DNA from: Vicugna vicugna
Lineage: Eukaryota
Direction: 5' to 3'
NCBI GenBank assembly: GCA_013265495.1
Contig: MU058781.1
Span: 9,467,009-9,531,008 of the forward strand
DNA length: 64,000 nucleotides
The notes beneath the pieces are model-generated. The model was not told the DNA's origin, ran no database searches, and saw only the letters and a list, made by a program, of their open reading frames with translations. Both the position numbers and the translations under genes were made by a program. Positions 11,678-24,590 of this stretch are shown here, in pieces. Each line of letters begins with the position of its first letter. Position 1 is the first letter of the stretch.

Positions 11678-14567
11678 GAAATACATATTTTTGGTGCCTC
11701 ACCACCTCTCAGACCTGGACACATCTGGTCACACCGTTGCTTGAACCCACGATGTCACTGGCACATCTAGGCCTCAAGATGCTTACCAGCTCTTGCACCC
11801 TGAGTTGAGGCCAATTCTGTCACCATGATTAGCTACATGTGGATAACTTAAGACAATTTAGGACAAAAATCCACAATTGGCTTTTTCCTGTCACCAGCCG
11901 GCCACTGTCTGCAGTCGTTAGTTGGCTTGTACTGAGGGAATATAAAATTTAAAAATCTAAACTAAACTTAATTAGGGAGGGAAATTTGTTGCCAACATAA
12001 CCACTCTCATATAATAAAACTAAAACCAAATGTAACTGATTTTTGGATGATCCAAATTAGTTTTCTCTTCTGCCAACTACCATGGAGCACCAAGATGAGA
12101 GAGTAATAACAAGGCTTTCTAATAGGTAGGTTTTGGAAAGGGCACTGGGAAGAATGCCCTTTAGAAACACTTAAATATTTATTTTTGGATTTATGATACC
12201 AGCATATTGCCTGCCAATTTGTTTCTTTATCGTTGAGTGCTCAGATTTTCGTGTCTTGCTTTTGATTTTTGTCCTGGTGATTTTTTTTATAACTTTCAAA
12301 ATGACAACACCCATTGCTTAGCATATGGGACAGAAGGAACTTTTTTCTTTTTCCTATCTTGTGTGTTTGTTTTTTTTTTTTAAATAAGGCATCTAAAACT
12401 TTTCATTTTTTTCTTCCCATTCTCCTAAGCCCTGGATGACCTAAGGATTTAGAGGTCTGGATCAGATTCCTTTCTTCTTCACTTCACACACAACTGTCTT
12501 TTCCTTACGTTGTGAGCCTTGTGATTTGTATGCGGACTCTGCAAGGGGAAGAGGGTATGTGGGTTGTGCATAAAATACATAAGCTTTGAGATCTGGCAGG
12601 GAGAATCTTCTCTACTTCAGCTTATGTAGGTGCATATGAAAAGTTAGATGATTCTGATTACATAGCTCCTGAATAGTCAGGACCCTAATTCCTCTTCTCC
12701 CTTTGAATCTACTTAGTTTACCTTTGGCCAAATTAATTAGGAAAAGGGACAGCTATATCACTTTATTTGCATGTTTTTGGCATCTAGGAAAGTACAGGGT
12801 GGGGCTCATCAGAGGCAAATTGAAAGAAGCTTGTAGACACTGAATTTACTCTGAGCAGATTAATTTTTTTTCTCCTTGTACATTATTAAATCTGTTGGAA
12901 AGAAACATCAGCTCAAGATCTGTCACTCTGGCTCCAGGCCAGCATGCCAAATTCTGTCATCTTCGCGGCATGGCCAGGCATCTTTATTACATGTTATAAT
13001 TCTGGTTTTGGGCTGGATCCAGCTATCCTGATACAACATCAGATGGCTAGGAGTGTAGAAAGGGAAGCAGGCTATATTCATCTTCAGGCGAGGTTTGGGG
13101 AGAAGTGTGAGCATGTTGCACTTGTCTAGGGCAGGGATTTTTTCACGGATGTCATAAACGTCTTCGCTGTGCTGCCTCGAATTTGAATTACGTTATCAGT
13201 TTCTGTTGAAATTGATTTTAGACTGAAGACGACTTCGGGCACTGCTCCTGTTCTGGACACAGTGCCTCAGAGCCCCTCAGCAATCGGCACCAGCTTTGAG
13301 AGCAGTGTCAGCATCATAGATGTGCTGGTTTCATCCCATTGCTCTGTTCCTGGGACCCCTTGAAGACACTTGGCCTCCATCAGTCTGGGGAAGTGGGAAG
13401 CCTAACTCCTGAACTGCTTCTGCCTGGGCCGGCCTTGGATTAAGCATTGCAGGGTTAACTTTTCTCACTCCTTCCTTCAAAATTGCTTTAGAGGGGGAGG
13501 AAGTAGTGGGAGTAGATATAGTTAAAAAAAAAAACAACAAAAAAAAGAACAGGAGGGGAAAATGTTTGCATTCACTTCTTGAGTATAGAGAGCCTTGACC
13601 CTGTCGTGTGCGTGCAGTCTCTCCTTCCTGCTCTTAGGGGTTTTGCAGATGAAGCGTTGGCTTTGGTTTGTTGGTGAAGGGCTGCTCTGAAGCCCCAGAG
13701 TGTGTTTAGCAGCTCTGCAGGAAGCGGTGACACAAGGTCCCAGGCACCTTCCCTGCCTTCCACTTATTGTTTCGGGATTGTCAGAAAACAGGCTGGGGTG
13801 AGGAGGAAGAGACACTGAAGGTGGGTTTTTTTTTTTTTTTTGGCAGTTTGGCTGCTGAATGAAAGCAGGCACTTTATTTAGAAGTGAGTAGGGAGGGAAA
13901 TGCAGCTTAGGGTTGACACCCTTCTGGTGCTTACCCATAAATATGAAATGGTGTTAGAACACCCGATACCAGAGAGCTTTCTGATTGGCTGCTGGTGATG
14001 TCATCTTGTCATTAATACTGTGCTCAGAAAATAAACTGATCTGCCTGTTTTCTTTTTCTTTCTTTCTTCCTTTTTCAAAGCTGAAATGTTTAAAATCCAT
14101 TTTGTAATCTAAAATGAGGCACTTGAGAGCATTCTGAAAGAATGCATTTCTTATGTGCTCAGAGTCATTCTGGCCTTCCCTTGAGGAGCTGGGGCAATCA
14201 GCCACAAGTGTTCAGCCCGTCTTATCTTACTGCTTATAAGTAAGGCAGGCGCTTTTGAACACCTGGGCACCCACAGCCGACATTTGCCCACTTGAGGTGC
14301 TAATGCAGTAGATGGGAGTTTCTTCCTGTCCGTCTTTCAACATCCTAGGACGCTCAGATCCAGCACTGACACTTCTGGGTATGGGAGGGATGTGGATGGG
14401 TGATGAAATGTGCTTTTTAAAATTTTCTTAAATCCTAATTTGGTTTCTCTATGTCTGATAACCCTGCAGTTAAACCTAAACCAGCCTGCTTTTTCACTTC
14501 ATGCGTGCTCTTCTCATTGCATGGTGTGTTTCAGCTGGAGGATCACACTTGTGGCACGTCCAGGCTC

Positions 14568-14596
14568 TGTGTGTGTGTCTGTGTATGTATGTGTGT
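14568..14596. repeat. Imperfect (TG)n microsatellite
   Basis: tgtgtgtgtgtctgtgtatgtatgtgtgt. Confidence 0.75.
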
Positions 14597-16130
14597 AAAA
14601 TCCAATAGCATTCTTGCTACACAGGAGTGGAATTCTCTGGAGGAAAGCCACTGCCCCAGCCACTCTTTGATCCCTGCATTGATTTGTGACCCTGGGGGTC
14701 TGGGAAGGTTGGACAGTCCTCCATCCCTCCTGGTTGACTCTAATCGAAGGAGGCATGCTGTGTTTCAATTAATGCTTGGGGAGCATTTTGTATAAATACA
14801 GCTCTTTATGATTTTTTAAAAATGTCCTTTTGAGGGAAGGCCAAGAGTCTTTATCATGAGAAATTTTGGTTCAAATCATCTTATTCTTTCTTGTGATTAA
14901 CTTCGTTGGTGGATAACCCTTTAATAATATACTCCTTTGTCGATGTACTCTTAGGTAGAATCTTCTGATACCATGTACAAGTGTTGTATAGATTCAGCCT
15001 CCTCCCCTAGAAGCCCTTCTCTTTTATAGTGGAAGTGCATCTAAGTTTTCTCTGTCACTGATGAAAGGGCTGTCCAAGTTAATTGTATGCATGCTGTGGA
15101 TTTGTTACTTGGATTAGCAAAATGCCCAGAGAGCAGATGTAACTCATTTCTGCCACACAATTGTAGCTCTCCTTACAGCAAGATGCCACATTACGTTTCA
15201 GTTTTCCCTCGTTTTAGTAAGGTTAGAAACCACAGATTTAGTGGCCTTTGGGGTCAAAGGGAAAAGAGAAAGACAATGAGTCTCATTCATTCCTGGGAGC
15301 TCTAATGAGTCATAGAAATAGTCTGTTTTCCAGGTTAGAGCTCTTTCCCTGACAGGTTTTAATTATCTGTGAGCTGAAACAAGGAGTGATAGAGACATGC
15401 AGAAGTCTTTCAGGAACAGGTTTCTGAGGGAAATGAATCACTCAGGTCCGTGTCCTGCTTCGTTCTTATGCAAGGGACCCAGCTCCTTCTCACTTGCCAC
15501 TTGATCACATGACAGCTGTTTGCAGACTAAAGGAAAGAAACGATCCTTCACTAGCAGGAAACTTAATCCTGGGCAGGTGCAGTTTGAGTAACGACTCTGG
15601 GTCTGGGGGTCAGCGTGGTTGCAGACCTAAGCTTTTGCAGATGGTCTGAGTGGGAGGAACGAGATCCAATGGCCCTTCTCCCATCTGCAGCTCCCGGACC
15701 GTCCTCTCCTCTGGGATGGTGCTGCCGTTTCTCCAGATATCGCTGAACTTTTGAACTCGAGTCCAGTGCAGTATTTAGGATGTTTGTTTTATAGGCTTCA
15801 GATAAAGCAGTAGTGGGTTTTAAGGAAGCAGTAGAGAGATCCATTTTCCTCTTTCCTCCAGTGATGTTGGCGATCTAATTAGAAGTCAGTGTTTCAGCAG
15901 CTTCCTCTGTGTGTGCTTTGTGCTGTCTTTTTCTAAAAGACGCTCATGGACCTGAACAAAAGCCGGATGTCGTCCCAGAGCGCTGAACAAGTGCTGCGCG
16001 TTAGATATGTCTGGAGTTGACACACCACACTTTTCCTCTGCAGACCAAACGAGATCCTGTCCGGTGTTATGACTCCTTATTTTCATAGTCAAAGCCGTTG
16101 TTTTCACTCCTTAACAGTGTCCCTCTGCCA

Positions 16131-16552
16131 GCACCACTCAGCCATAAAAAGATGATGATTTGCTATTTGCAACAACATGGATGGACCTGGAGGGTACCGT
16201 GCTTAGTGAAGTCAGTCAGAGAAAGACAAACACTGTATGATACAACTTATACGTGGAATCTTAAAAAATTAAACTACTGAATATAAAAAAAATCAGACTC
16301 GCAGATACAGAGAGCAAATTAGTGGCTACCAGTGGGGAGAGGGAACGGGAAAGGAGCAAGATAAGGGTGGGGATTGAGGTACAAACCACTATGTGTAAAA
16401 TAAGCTATAAAGATACATCATACAGCACAGGGAATATAGCCGAAGTATTATAAAACTATAAATGGTGCATAATCTATAAAAATTGTGAATCACTATGTTG
16501 TACACCTGAAACTAACACAATATTGTAAATCAACTATACCGCGACTTAAAAA
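16131..16552 (+). mobile_element. 5'-truncated LINE-1 (ORF2 end + 3' UTR) with perfect 15-bp target-site duplication
   Basis: tcagccataaaaag...gcaacaacatggatggacctggaggg...tgttgtacacctgaaactaacacaatattgtaaatcaactatac + A-tail; agtgtccctctgcca at 16116-16130 and 16553-16567. Confidence 0.95.
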
Positions 16553-17397
16553 AGTGTCCCTCTGCCATTTTATTTCATATCCATTACTCATGACTGCTCT
16601 TTTATTTATAGTGCTTGAAACTAATTGAGATTCCAGGTGCAGAAGCATGTCACACCCAAGGGCTTGGGCGTTTGGGAAATCATAACAATGATGGAAAAGG
16701 ATCAATAGTCGTCCTTTCTGGGAGTTAGCGGGTGGGTACCAAAAAACTCAAACAATAGTCAAGTAAGGATTGTGGGAAATATCAAATAAATTTGTAGGGA
16801 TAAGAGTAACATTTTCTCAGTTGCAACCTTATTTATTGAAAACTGATTTTGGGGAAAGCATAGAATATTTGCTAAACTAATCCACTTCTCTGACTAGCCC
16901 CCTCATTTCTTGTGGCTTGTCACCTAAAACTTAGAAAATCCACAATTATACTGTATAGATGAGCCTTGTTCTATATTTAGTGTTTAATCTCCACACTCAA
17001 GACGGACATATAGTCATGAGTACCCACTTAAGAGCTAAAAATATAAGTGACCGCCCACTTTGTCCTGAATTGGAAACCTACATAATTGCTCTATGCTTTA
17101 AAAGTCTTCCTTTGAGGAAAGAGTTCAAGATCAAGTTAGTGGACAATCCCGTATAAAGCCGAGAGCCATTTAGCCCTTCAATGAAGCTAAGTAAATTCTT
17201 GTTCTGAATAAGTGAAATAAATGAACCAGGAAGAATTTGCACCTCTCATTGCTTAATCAGAAAGTAAAATGGTGAGTCTAGAAGCTCTAGACTCGTCTTA
17301 GAAGTAAACACCCATCACGAAATGGGCATAGAATATCTAGACGCAGTAACTGGTAAGCTAGGCTTCTTGAACTGGTAAAAATACAGTATGCGAAGTC

Positions 17398-17525
17398 CAG
17401 TGGCTTCCAAACCTGACTGTTCATCAGTCATCTTGTCAGCTCTTAAACAATAACTAGCAAACGAAAACCACTGATTTCCAGACCTAATCTCCAGAATCTC
17501 TCATGTGTAGCCAAGGGACCACTGC
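17398..17525. mobile_element. MER5-type hAT remnant
   Basis: Termini cagtggcttccaaacctgactgttcatcag ... gggaccactg resemble MER5 TIRs. Confidence 0.55.
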
Positions 17526-17669
17526 CTTTGTCCACAGATCAGAAATGCTGGGGTTGAGTCAGGGATCTATGGATGGGGGTGGTTCAGGGAGAGTGTAAGC
17601 CAGAGAAATGCCAAGACTCCGCCAAGATAGACCAAAGGAATTACACCATCTTTCTGGTTTGTTTTAAAA

Positions 17670-18020
17670 TAGACTTAGCAAACATTTATTGAGCATAACA
17701 CATTGCATCACATCTTGTGATAGAAGCACACAAAACAAAACTCATTTCTGCTGACGGGCTCAGACAGATCTGTCTTGGACAGACTCACAATGCCACTTTA
17801 GGGTTAAGGACTTCTGGGCAAAATTACTACAGGAACCTGGAGGGGGTATATCTAATGGCTGGATTTGAAGAAGTCTTCATAGGGAGGTGATATTTAAACT
17901 GGCATTCTGAAGGAGGAGGAGAGTTTTTCCAGACAGAGGAAGGCCAAAGGGGAGCCTAGGAAGATGAAAGATCAAAGAGTAGGAAGTAAGAAAGAACCTG
18001 TTGTGTTTGGGGAAATGTGG
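17670..18020 (-). mobile_element. L2 LINE 3' region
   Basis: cttagcaaacatttattgagca...gaagtcttcatagggaggtgatatttaaactgg...gaaggaggaggagagtttttccagacag. Confidence 0.75.
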
Positions 18021-19959
18021 AGAAGACACAGGACAACAGGCGTAGCTCTCACCTCCAAGTGCCCATACCTTTGCTAGACTAAGACCTTCGAGATTTTATA
18101 CCATCAGCAACACTTGTCCTCACCTACGGGGACAGTGTGGGTTTTACCTCCAGCAGAATGTAAGCCCTCTAAGGGTAGGGAAACATCTTCCAGAGGTGAT
18201 TCTCATTCTCAGAAGCATGCAGGAGGCACTAATAACTACTCTTTGGCTAATTAAAAGACATCTAATATATGCCTCGTTAAGCAGAATAATCAGCTTCCGA
18301 AAATGCTTGTATGCCTTATTTTTCTCCTTTCAATAAAGACAAAAATTAGGGGGATAATAAATAATTACGGGCAATCTGCTAGCCCTCCATTTTCCCCCCT
18401 TGGTAATTCTTTGATTCTTTTCATATCTCTCTGTTGGATGACTTTCTCCCTCAACCCTGGCCTCCACCGATAACATGAAAGTGAACATAGCGCACAGAAC
18501 CAAGAGGGTTTAGCACTGGTCTGTTACAGTTGACACGGCTTGCAAGTTGGGGCCACAAGGATGTGGAAATGGAGGGACTTTGGAGATTTGTGATCCCTGC
18601 CCCCTCCGCCTTTAACACTGAGAAGCCTTCACAGCCGCCTTAAAATACAAAATGGCCCATATCCACAGGCCAGAGATGCTGTTTCTAAGAGCTTTTCTTG
18701 GTGCTCATTTTTACTGCTGGTTTGTTTCATGAGATAGAAAAGGAATGCTTTTTTCCCTTCCTTGAAGGATGCCAAATCCAGGTGGGGAGTAATGATCTTG
18801 ATGAATTCTGGTGCTTGTCAGAAAATGTTCAGGGAAAATGAATGAAAGAGAGGATGGATTTGCTCATGGGCTCTCACTCAGTGAGGCAAGGCTGCAGCCA
18901 CTTCTGTCTTCCTCTGCGTTTGAAGTGAAGAACTGGAACTGAATAACGGACAACCTTACAACATGAAGCATTATCAAGCTTGGGGGGGGTTTACTGGGTT
19001 TTTTGATATGTCGTTGTTTTCCAGTTTGCCTTCGTCTTTGATCACTTACTCTTCTGACAGAAATTTGGTCCTGTTACTGCTTTCCTCTTTCCCCTAAGCT
19101 TATATGATAGGAATAATTTCTCCTTTTTTTCCCACTTTCTTTTATTAATGTTGTTGGTTGCAAACAAATTATTTGTCTAGACCTAGATAAATATACCAAT
19201 CAGTTGTAAATCTGCGTTTGTTTTTCCCTTCAAACATTTTCAGTTTTTCCGTTTGTTCATAGGAAAGAATGTTAGCTATATGTTAAAATGTAATAGAACT
19301 TGTCAACCTCAAATGTTGGGCTAAAGTGTATGTTAGCTTGGTAAACCTTTATCAGTGCTTGAAATGAACAGCTAAATGATACTGTGGTAGATGGGGTAGT
19401 GATGGTGGGTGTCTAAAAATCCTAGAGGGTGAACCAGTTCTGAGTGTCCTCAGTACTTCCGAAGTCTGTTTCCACAGTGGCACTTGGTAGGGTCGTCATA
19501 GACGATTCTCCTGTGTTCATTAAAATAGGAGCCTGAGGCTCTGCTGACCATTTGTTGGCTTCCCATAGGTTGAAGATAATAAAATTGCTTTGCTTAAAAA
19601 AAAAATCTGTAATTCAGAACTTTGACTAATTCAGATGAGCTTTCTCTCCACTTTTTTCCCAAGTAGGTAATGAGAGGAGTTCATTTTTTAAATACCTCTG
19701 AGTAAATGAGCAGGTGCACCCATACTATAGAGAAGGTGTGGGCTGTCTTGGAAGGTGAATGTGATTGTTTTTATTGACATGGTGCCCAAAGGCCTGCAAT
19801 TTGAAAGGCATGTTTGTTAATCCTCTCCCTCTTAGTTCCTGCAATCAGTCTCTATCACCTTGTTTCCAAAAAGGGTATATATTTTTTCCTAAAACCAAAA
19901 TTTCCTCAATGAGACAGGTATTTTTAAGAATGGGGGAAAATTTGAAAACATACCCACAC

Positions 19960-20390
19960 TATAGCCAAAAAAACGGAAGCGACCCAAGTGTCATCAGCAG
20001 AATGTGGTGTTATACATACAGTAGAATATTTATTCAGCCTTAAAAAGGAGGGAGGTTCTGACTCATGCTGCCACATGGATGGACCTTGAGAACATTATGC
20101 TAAATGAAATAAGCCAGACAGAAAAGAACAAGTACCGTGTGATTCCACTTATGCCTGGTACCTGGACTAGTCACATTCGAAGAAACACAGTAGAACAGTG
20201 GCTGCTGGAGGCTGGGGTGGAGGAGTGGAAGTTAATGTTTAATAGATACAGAGTTTCAGTTTTGTAGAATGAGTTCTGTGGTTGGACTGCGGTGATGTGT
20301 GAATGTACATAATGCCACAGAACTGTGTGTGCACTTAAAAATGATTACAATGGTGAAGTCTGTTAACATTTTACCACAATTAAATTTTAA
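19960..20390 (+). mobile_element. Old LINE-1 3' end (L1MB-like)
   Basis: atagccaaaaa..ggaagcgacccaagtgtc...tattcagccttaaaaagga...catggatggaccttgagaacattatgctaaatgaaataagccagacagaaaag...cacttaaaaatg...ttttaccacaat. Confidence 0.9.
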
Positions 20391-20769
20391 GGAAATGTAC
20401 AGAAAGGAAAACCTATTGGTTTTAAAAACTTAAGTTAAAATAATTGTGTCATTTCAGCTAATTTTTAATGTTTCAACAAGCAATATAGATTACAAATTGT
20501 TTAACACTATGACACCATCTAAAAAAACCAAGGATCCATGATACCTTTGTGACAAAAACTGCATTTAATCTAAAAAACCAAGTTCGATTAGATTTTTGTC
20601 ATTTGTGGTATTTGTGTCTCCTATAGATGCTTTGTAAAATCTGGATTCCCATCATAAGATAAATAAAATTGCTATGTTCTTTTTTGAATTCACAGTTCCT
20701 GAAACACATGAACATTGTCACATGTTCAAAAACAAAATGGATTGAAATGGCGGGCTATTTAACATGCAT

Positions 20770-20845
20770 GTGAAGCACCTGGAGGTTTAACATCCACATT
20801 TTGATTTAGTGGGTCTGGGTTAGGACCTGAGATTCTGCATTTCTC
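20770..20845. mobile_element. MER5-type fragment
   Basis: ttttgatttagtgggtctgggttaggacctgagattctgcatttct. Confidence 0.55.
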
Positions 20846-21474
20846 TCCCTCTCCACCTACAGAGGTCCTTTGATTGGTTCTGTTTTGCCCAAGGCTAGTG
20901 AGGTGGTACTCATATTTAGTAGGAAGTTACCAATCCCCTTTTCATGATTTGTGGCTGTGCGCTCGTTGTTGGGGGTCATCAGCTTTTCCTTTCATACCTA
21001 AAGCTCATTTGAGTTAAAGTTTCTTGAGCACTAAGCATGTGCTGGGTATTATGCTTGTCTTTGGGGTTGATAGGTGTGGCTCTTGCCTTTAGGAAACAGG
21101 TCGTATATGCCTTAGTGGGAAGACAGAGGGAAAGGTGCTCACATGACTTTGTGGACAGGGTATGTTCTTTGTCTGTCATATACTGTAGGTGACTATAAGT
21201 TTCTTCTTCAGAGCCAGCTCCACCACTGTGCCACATTTATCCCCAGATGATCCAACTTGATGCGTTTTGTTTTCCACCCCTATTGTTAGAATGATTAAAG
21301 TGGAAAGAACCATACTGTCATTGGTTTCAAGCAGTAGAACATGCTGGTTTCTGTGAAAGGTTTTTGTGAATTGCATCCATGCCGCTTCATTATTGGCATT
21401 TCAGACAGAATTATTTGTTGTAATTAGGCAGTGTTTTATGGAGGGAGGTGTGAATAAACACAGGGTAATAACAT

Positions 21475-22054
21475 TGTGAGGAAGGCAGAATTCTAATAAT
21501 GGCCCTCGAGATTCCCTCGTTGACTCCTACAGTCCGTGCACCCTGAAACCTCCCCAGGACTGTGAATATGGTGGATTCAAAGTTATGTTACATGGCAGGG
21601 TTGACCTTAAAATAGGGAGATGATCTAGGTGAGCCTGACCTAATCAGTCAGCTCCTTAAAAGCAGAGCTTTGCCTGGGTGATTGGAGACAGCATAAGAAG
21701 GATTCAGAGTACCCTTACTGACTTGAAGATGGAGTGGGGCCATGTGGCAAGCAATGCAGACATTCTAGAAGATGCCTGCCAACCATGAAATGGGACCTCG
21801 GTCCTACAACTGCGAGGAACTGAATTCTACCCACAGCAAGAATAAGCTTAGAAGGGATTTTTTTCCCCCCTGTTAGAGTCTCTAGGTGAGAACTTGTTCC
21901 ACTCTACACTGATAGTTCAGCCTTTTGTTACATTGAAGAGAGAACCCAGTGATGATGTGCTGGACTTCTGACCTAAAAACCTGTGAGCTAATAAATGCTT
22001 CTTGTTTAAGCCAGTAAGTTTGTGGTGGTTACACAGGAGTAGAAGACTAATATT
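21475..22054 (+). mobile_element. MLT1E-like ERVL-MaLR solo LTR
   Basis: Starts tgtg..ggcagaattctaa..atggccc; contains gaccttaaaatagggagat, ggtcctacaactgcgaggaactgaattct, ggacttctgaccta..aacctgtgagctAATAAAtg...tttaagcca..aagtttgtggt; ends gactaata. Confidence 0.9.
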
Positions 22055-22169
22055 CATTGCATATTCGTGTGCAGACTTAAAGGAACATACAAATCACAGC
22101 AGTGAAAACAAGCTAGGCAGCTGGACAAAGAAAGTCCAGCTCCTTGACATAAATGTCACTGAGACATGT

Positions 22170-22310
22170 GGTCTCAAACAGTGGAAAGAACATAGATTTG
22201 GACAGAAGAAACCTGATCAATTTGTGGCACTCTCACTGCCCAGTTTAGGCAAGGTACTCCCTTCTCTGGACCATGCCTAGACAAATGAAGAGGTTGACCA
22301 GGTGGCATCT
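22170..22310 (+). mobile_element. MIR/MIR3-like SINE
   Basis: agtggaaagaacatagatttggacagaagaaacctg...taggcaaggtactcccttctctggacc. Confidence 0.55.
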
Positions 22311-24399
22311 CTTCACAGTGCAACCACTGGTTTTATTTATTAAGCAGTATACTCAACTCATTTCCATAGTTTTCCTTAATCCATCTTAGCCCTGACACAG
22401 TAGTTGTAGAGAGGGGTGCCTGTTATGTGACTTTCTAGGTAGTTTTTTAAAAAGCAGATGAAAATTTTCTTTCTTTTTTTTTCTTTCTGGGTTGGTGTTT
22501 TGTAGGACCAGTCAAAAGTGTTCCCATGTCAAAACATTCTCATGTTTGCACCAAAAAGCTACATCAAAATATATTTCTTGGAAAAAGTAATGTCTGAGAT
22601 CTGCTCTATTTCTAACAAAATTAATGCCCATGAACAGTTTGCAAATCCTTAAAATCTAGAGATTCCCTTTTTTGTGTGTTTAAAATAAATGATGAGAAAT
22701 TTATCTTTAAAATTTATTTTTAAAACCTAGGGTAGTTCTAACTAGAACTATTTCTGTCTGGAACACCTGTTTGACTTGAATTCATTCTTACTGTGTTTCT
22801 GCAGCCTTTTGGGGTTGAGTGTGTAGTCCTTAAGCTTCACTGTGCATGAGCCTGGTCCCTTGAACTTAGTCATGTGCGTGTCCACATCTGTGTGTGAGTG
22901 CTGAGGTTGTAAAGGAAGTGGCTGCGTGGAGCTAAGTTGCCAGCCTTCCTCCTCTGAGATGATTCTTCCTTGAGCTGAAGGGTCTTGTTCACGTTGTGAA
23001 ATGAAAATCTGCAGAAAATTAAGGATACTTGAAATATCTTCTCAAAATATTGTAACTCAAAGGCAAGATGCTGATTATGGTGAGTTCTTTCCCTCCAGCA
23101 CCTGGAGCTGCTTTCCCTGCTGTCAGTCAGCGGCTGACTCCCATGCATAGGGCCGTAAGCCGGGAGAAAAAGACCCGGTAGCTTACTCACCAGGAAGAGG
23201 GGGGAAGGGGTCTCCCAGCCATTAGAAAAGGGGGAGAGACCATCTTACCCACTGCCAGCGTGCGTTGTGGAACATGCGTTCTGAAAACAAAGTATGGAAA
23301 ACCAAGCTGCCTCCTTTGGCTGTATTTAAAACAAGAACTGCGGAGTTGCTCTCCTTTGTACTTTAAACCACATGGTAAAAAGCCCAGAGGTGAAAATACC
23401 GAAGTGATGTGGTTCGTGGCTCCATCAGAAATAACGGAGTCCTTCATTCCATCCACCCAAGGGGCATCCCCCCGTCGGGGAGGATCTGTGGTGTGTCATG
23501 TCCCCCTCCATCGCTTCTACAGTTCTCCCAGACTTGCCACTTCTCATTTGACATTTGGCTTGTGAAAATCACTTGTGGAGCTACTGTCCCCTCAGTTGTT
23601 TTTAAACAATACTGGAGAGTGGGGGGAGAGGGGAGGGGCTCACAGCTCCCACACAGGCAGATGGCTATTTCAGAGTGCAAAAGCAGTGATGTCCCTGGAA
23701 TAGCAACCTTGTTTTCCTTTCTTGTCCATTCTTCATCATTTGTAGATAAAATGTATTTTCTGACAGGGGTTGAAGGCCCAAAACCTTGGTTTTCTCCCGG
23801 TCTGCCACAGTTTTGAGAATGCTGTCTTGCGAATACATATACACGGTGACACTCAGTAACCATTACTGCCATGTCGTCCTAGTGGAAACCTCCCCAGTGC
23901 TCTGTTCTTGTGGGGTTACAGCAAAATCCTTCTTTGGAGTTGTAGTTCGGTAAGCACTTTACAAATGGTGAAGCCTTATGCAAATTAAGCTTCCAACATT
24001 TTTTCAAACAGTTGAACACTTAGAACTTTAATTTCCTCTTTCTCAATGTGTGTGATTTATAAAATAGAGGGCACCAGAGGTCAGTAAAAGTGTTTTGGTC
24101 TTAGAGTGCTTATGTATTTACCTCTATGCAGAATTTCTGGTAATCCAGTGTAGATAGATTGAGCCAGTTTTAATTTACAGGTTGCCTAACTTTCCACGTT
24201 ACCAAACTCAAGAGATTTTTAAGCCATTGCTATGACCTTTTGAGCTGCAGTGGTGAACTAGTCCACCGTTTTCAGATCTTCTGGCCCCGTGAAGCGTCAG
24301 TTTGATGGGAGCATACCTAGAGTCTTCCTGACGCACTGGGTCCCCATGCTTTCTTCTGGAGCCATTTATTGTGTAATGAAATTGGAATTTCAACTGAAG

Positions 24400-24590
24400 T
24401 CTCAGGTTTGAATACTGGTTCCTCAACTCTTGGCAAATTGTTTCTCTTTTGGGGGCTTTCATTTCCTTATGTGGGAAATGGGTATGATCATAGCTGCCTC
24501 GTAGTGTCTTATGATTAATTGATTGTAAAACTAAGTGCCAGGTACCTGACGCAAAGCCAGATCCTTAGTGGGCAACATATAAGTTAGCTC
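24400..24590 (+). mobile_element. MIR SINE
   Basis: caggtttgaatactggttcc...ttggcaaattgtttctc...catttccttatgtgggaaatgggtatgatcatagctgcctc. Confidence 0.7.

Noticed and set aside
22296..22310. CTCF-like gaccaggtggca
   Set aside because: Mismatches at the 5' core and lies in a degraded MIR; not distinguishable from chance.
22465..22595. Long polypyrimidine tract + ttgtag with a downstream gtaatg
   Set aside because: Weak donor and no recognisable peptide; such pseudo-exons are common in T-rich introns.
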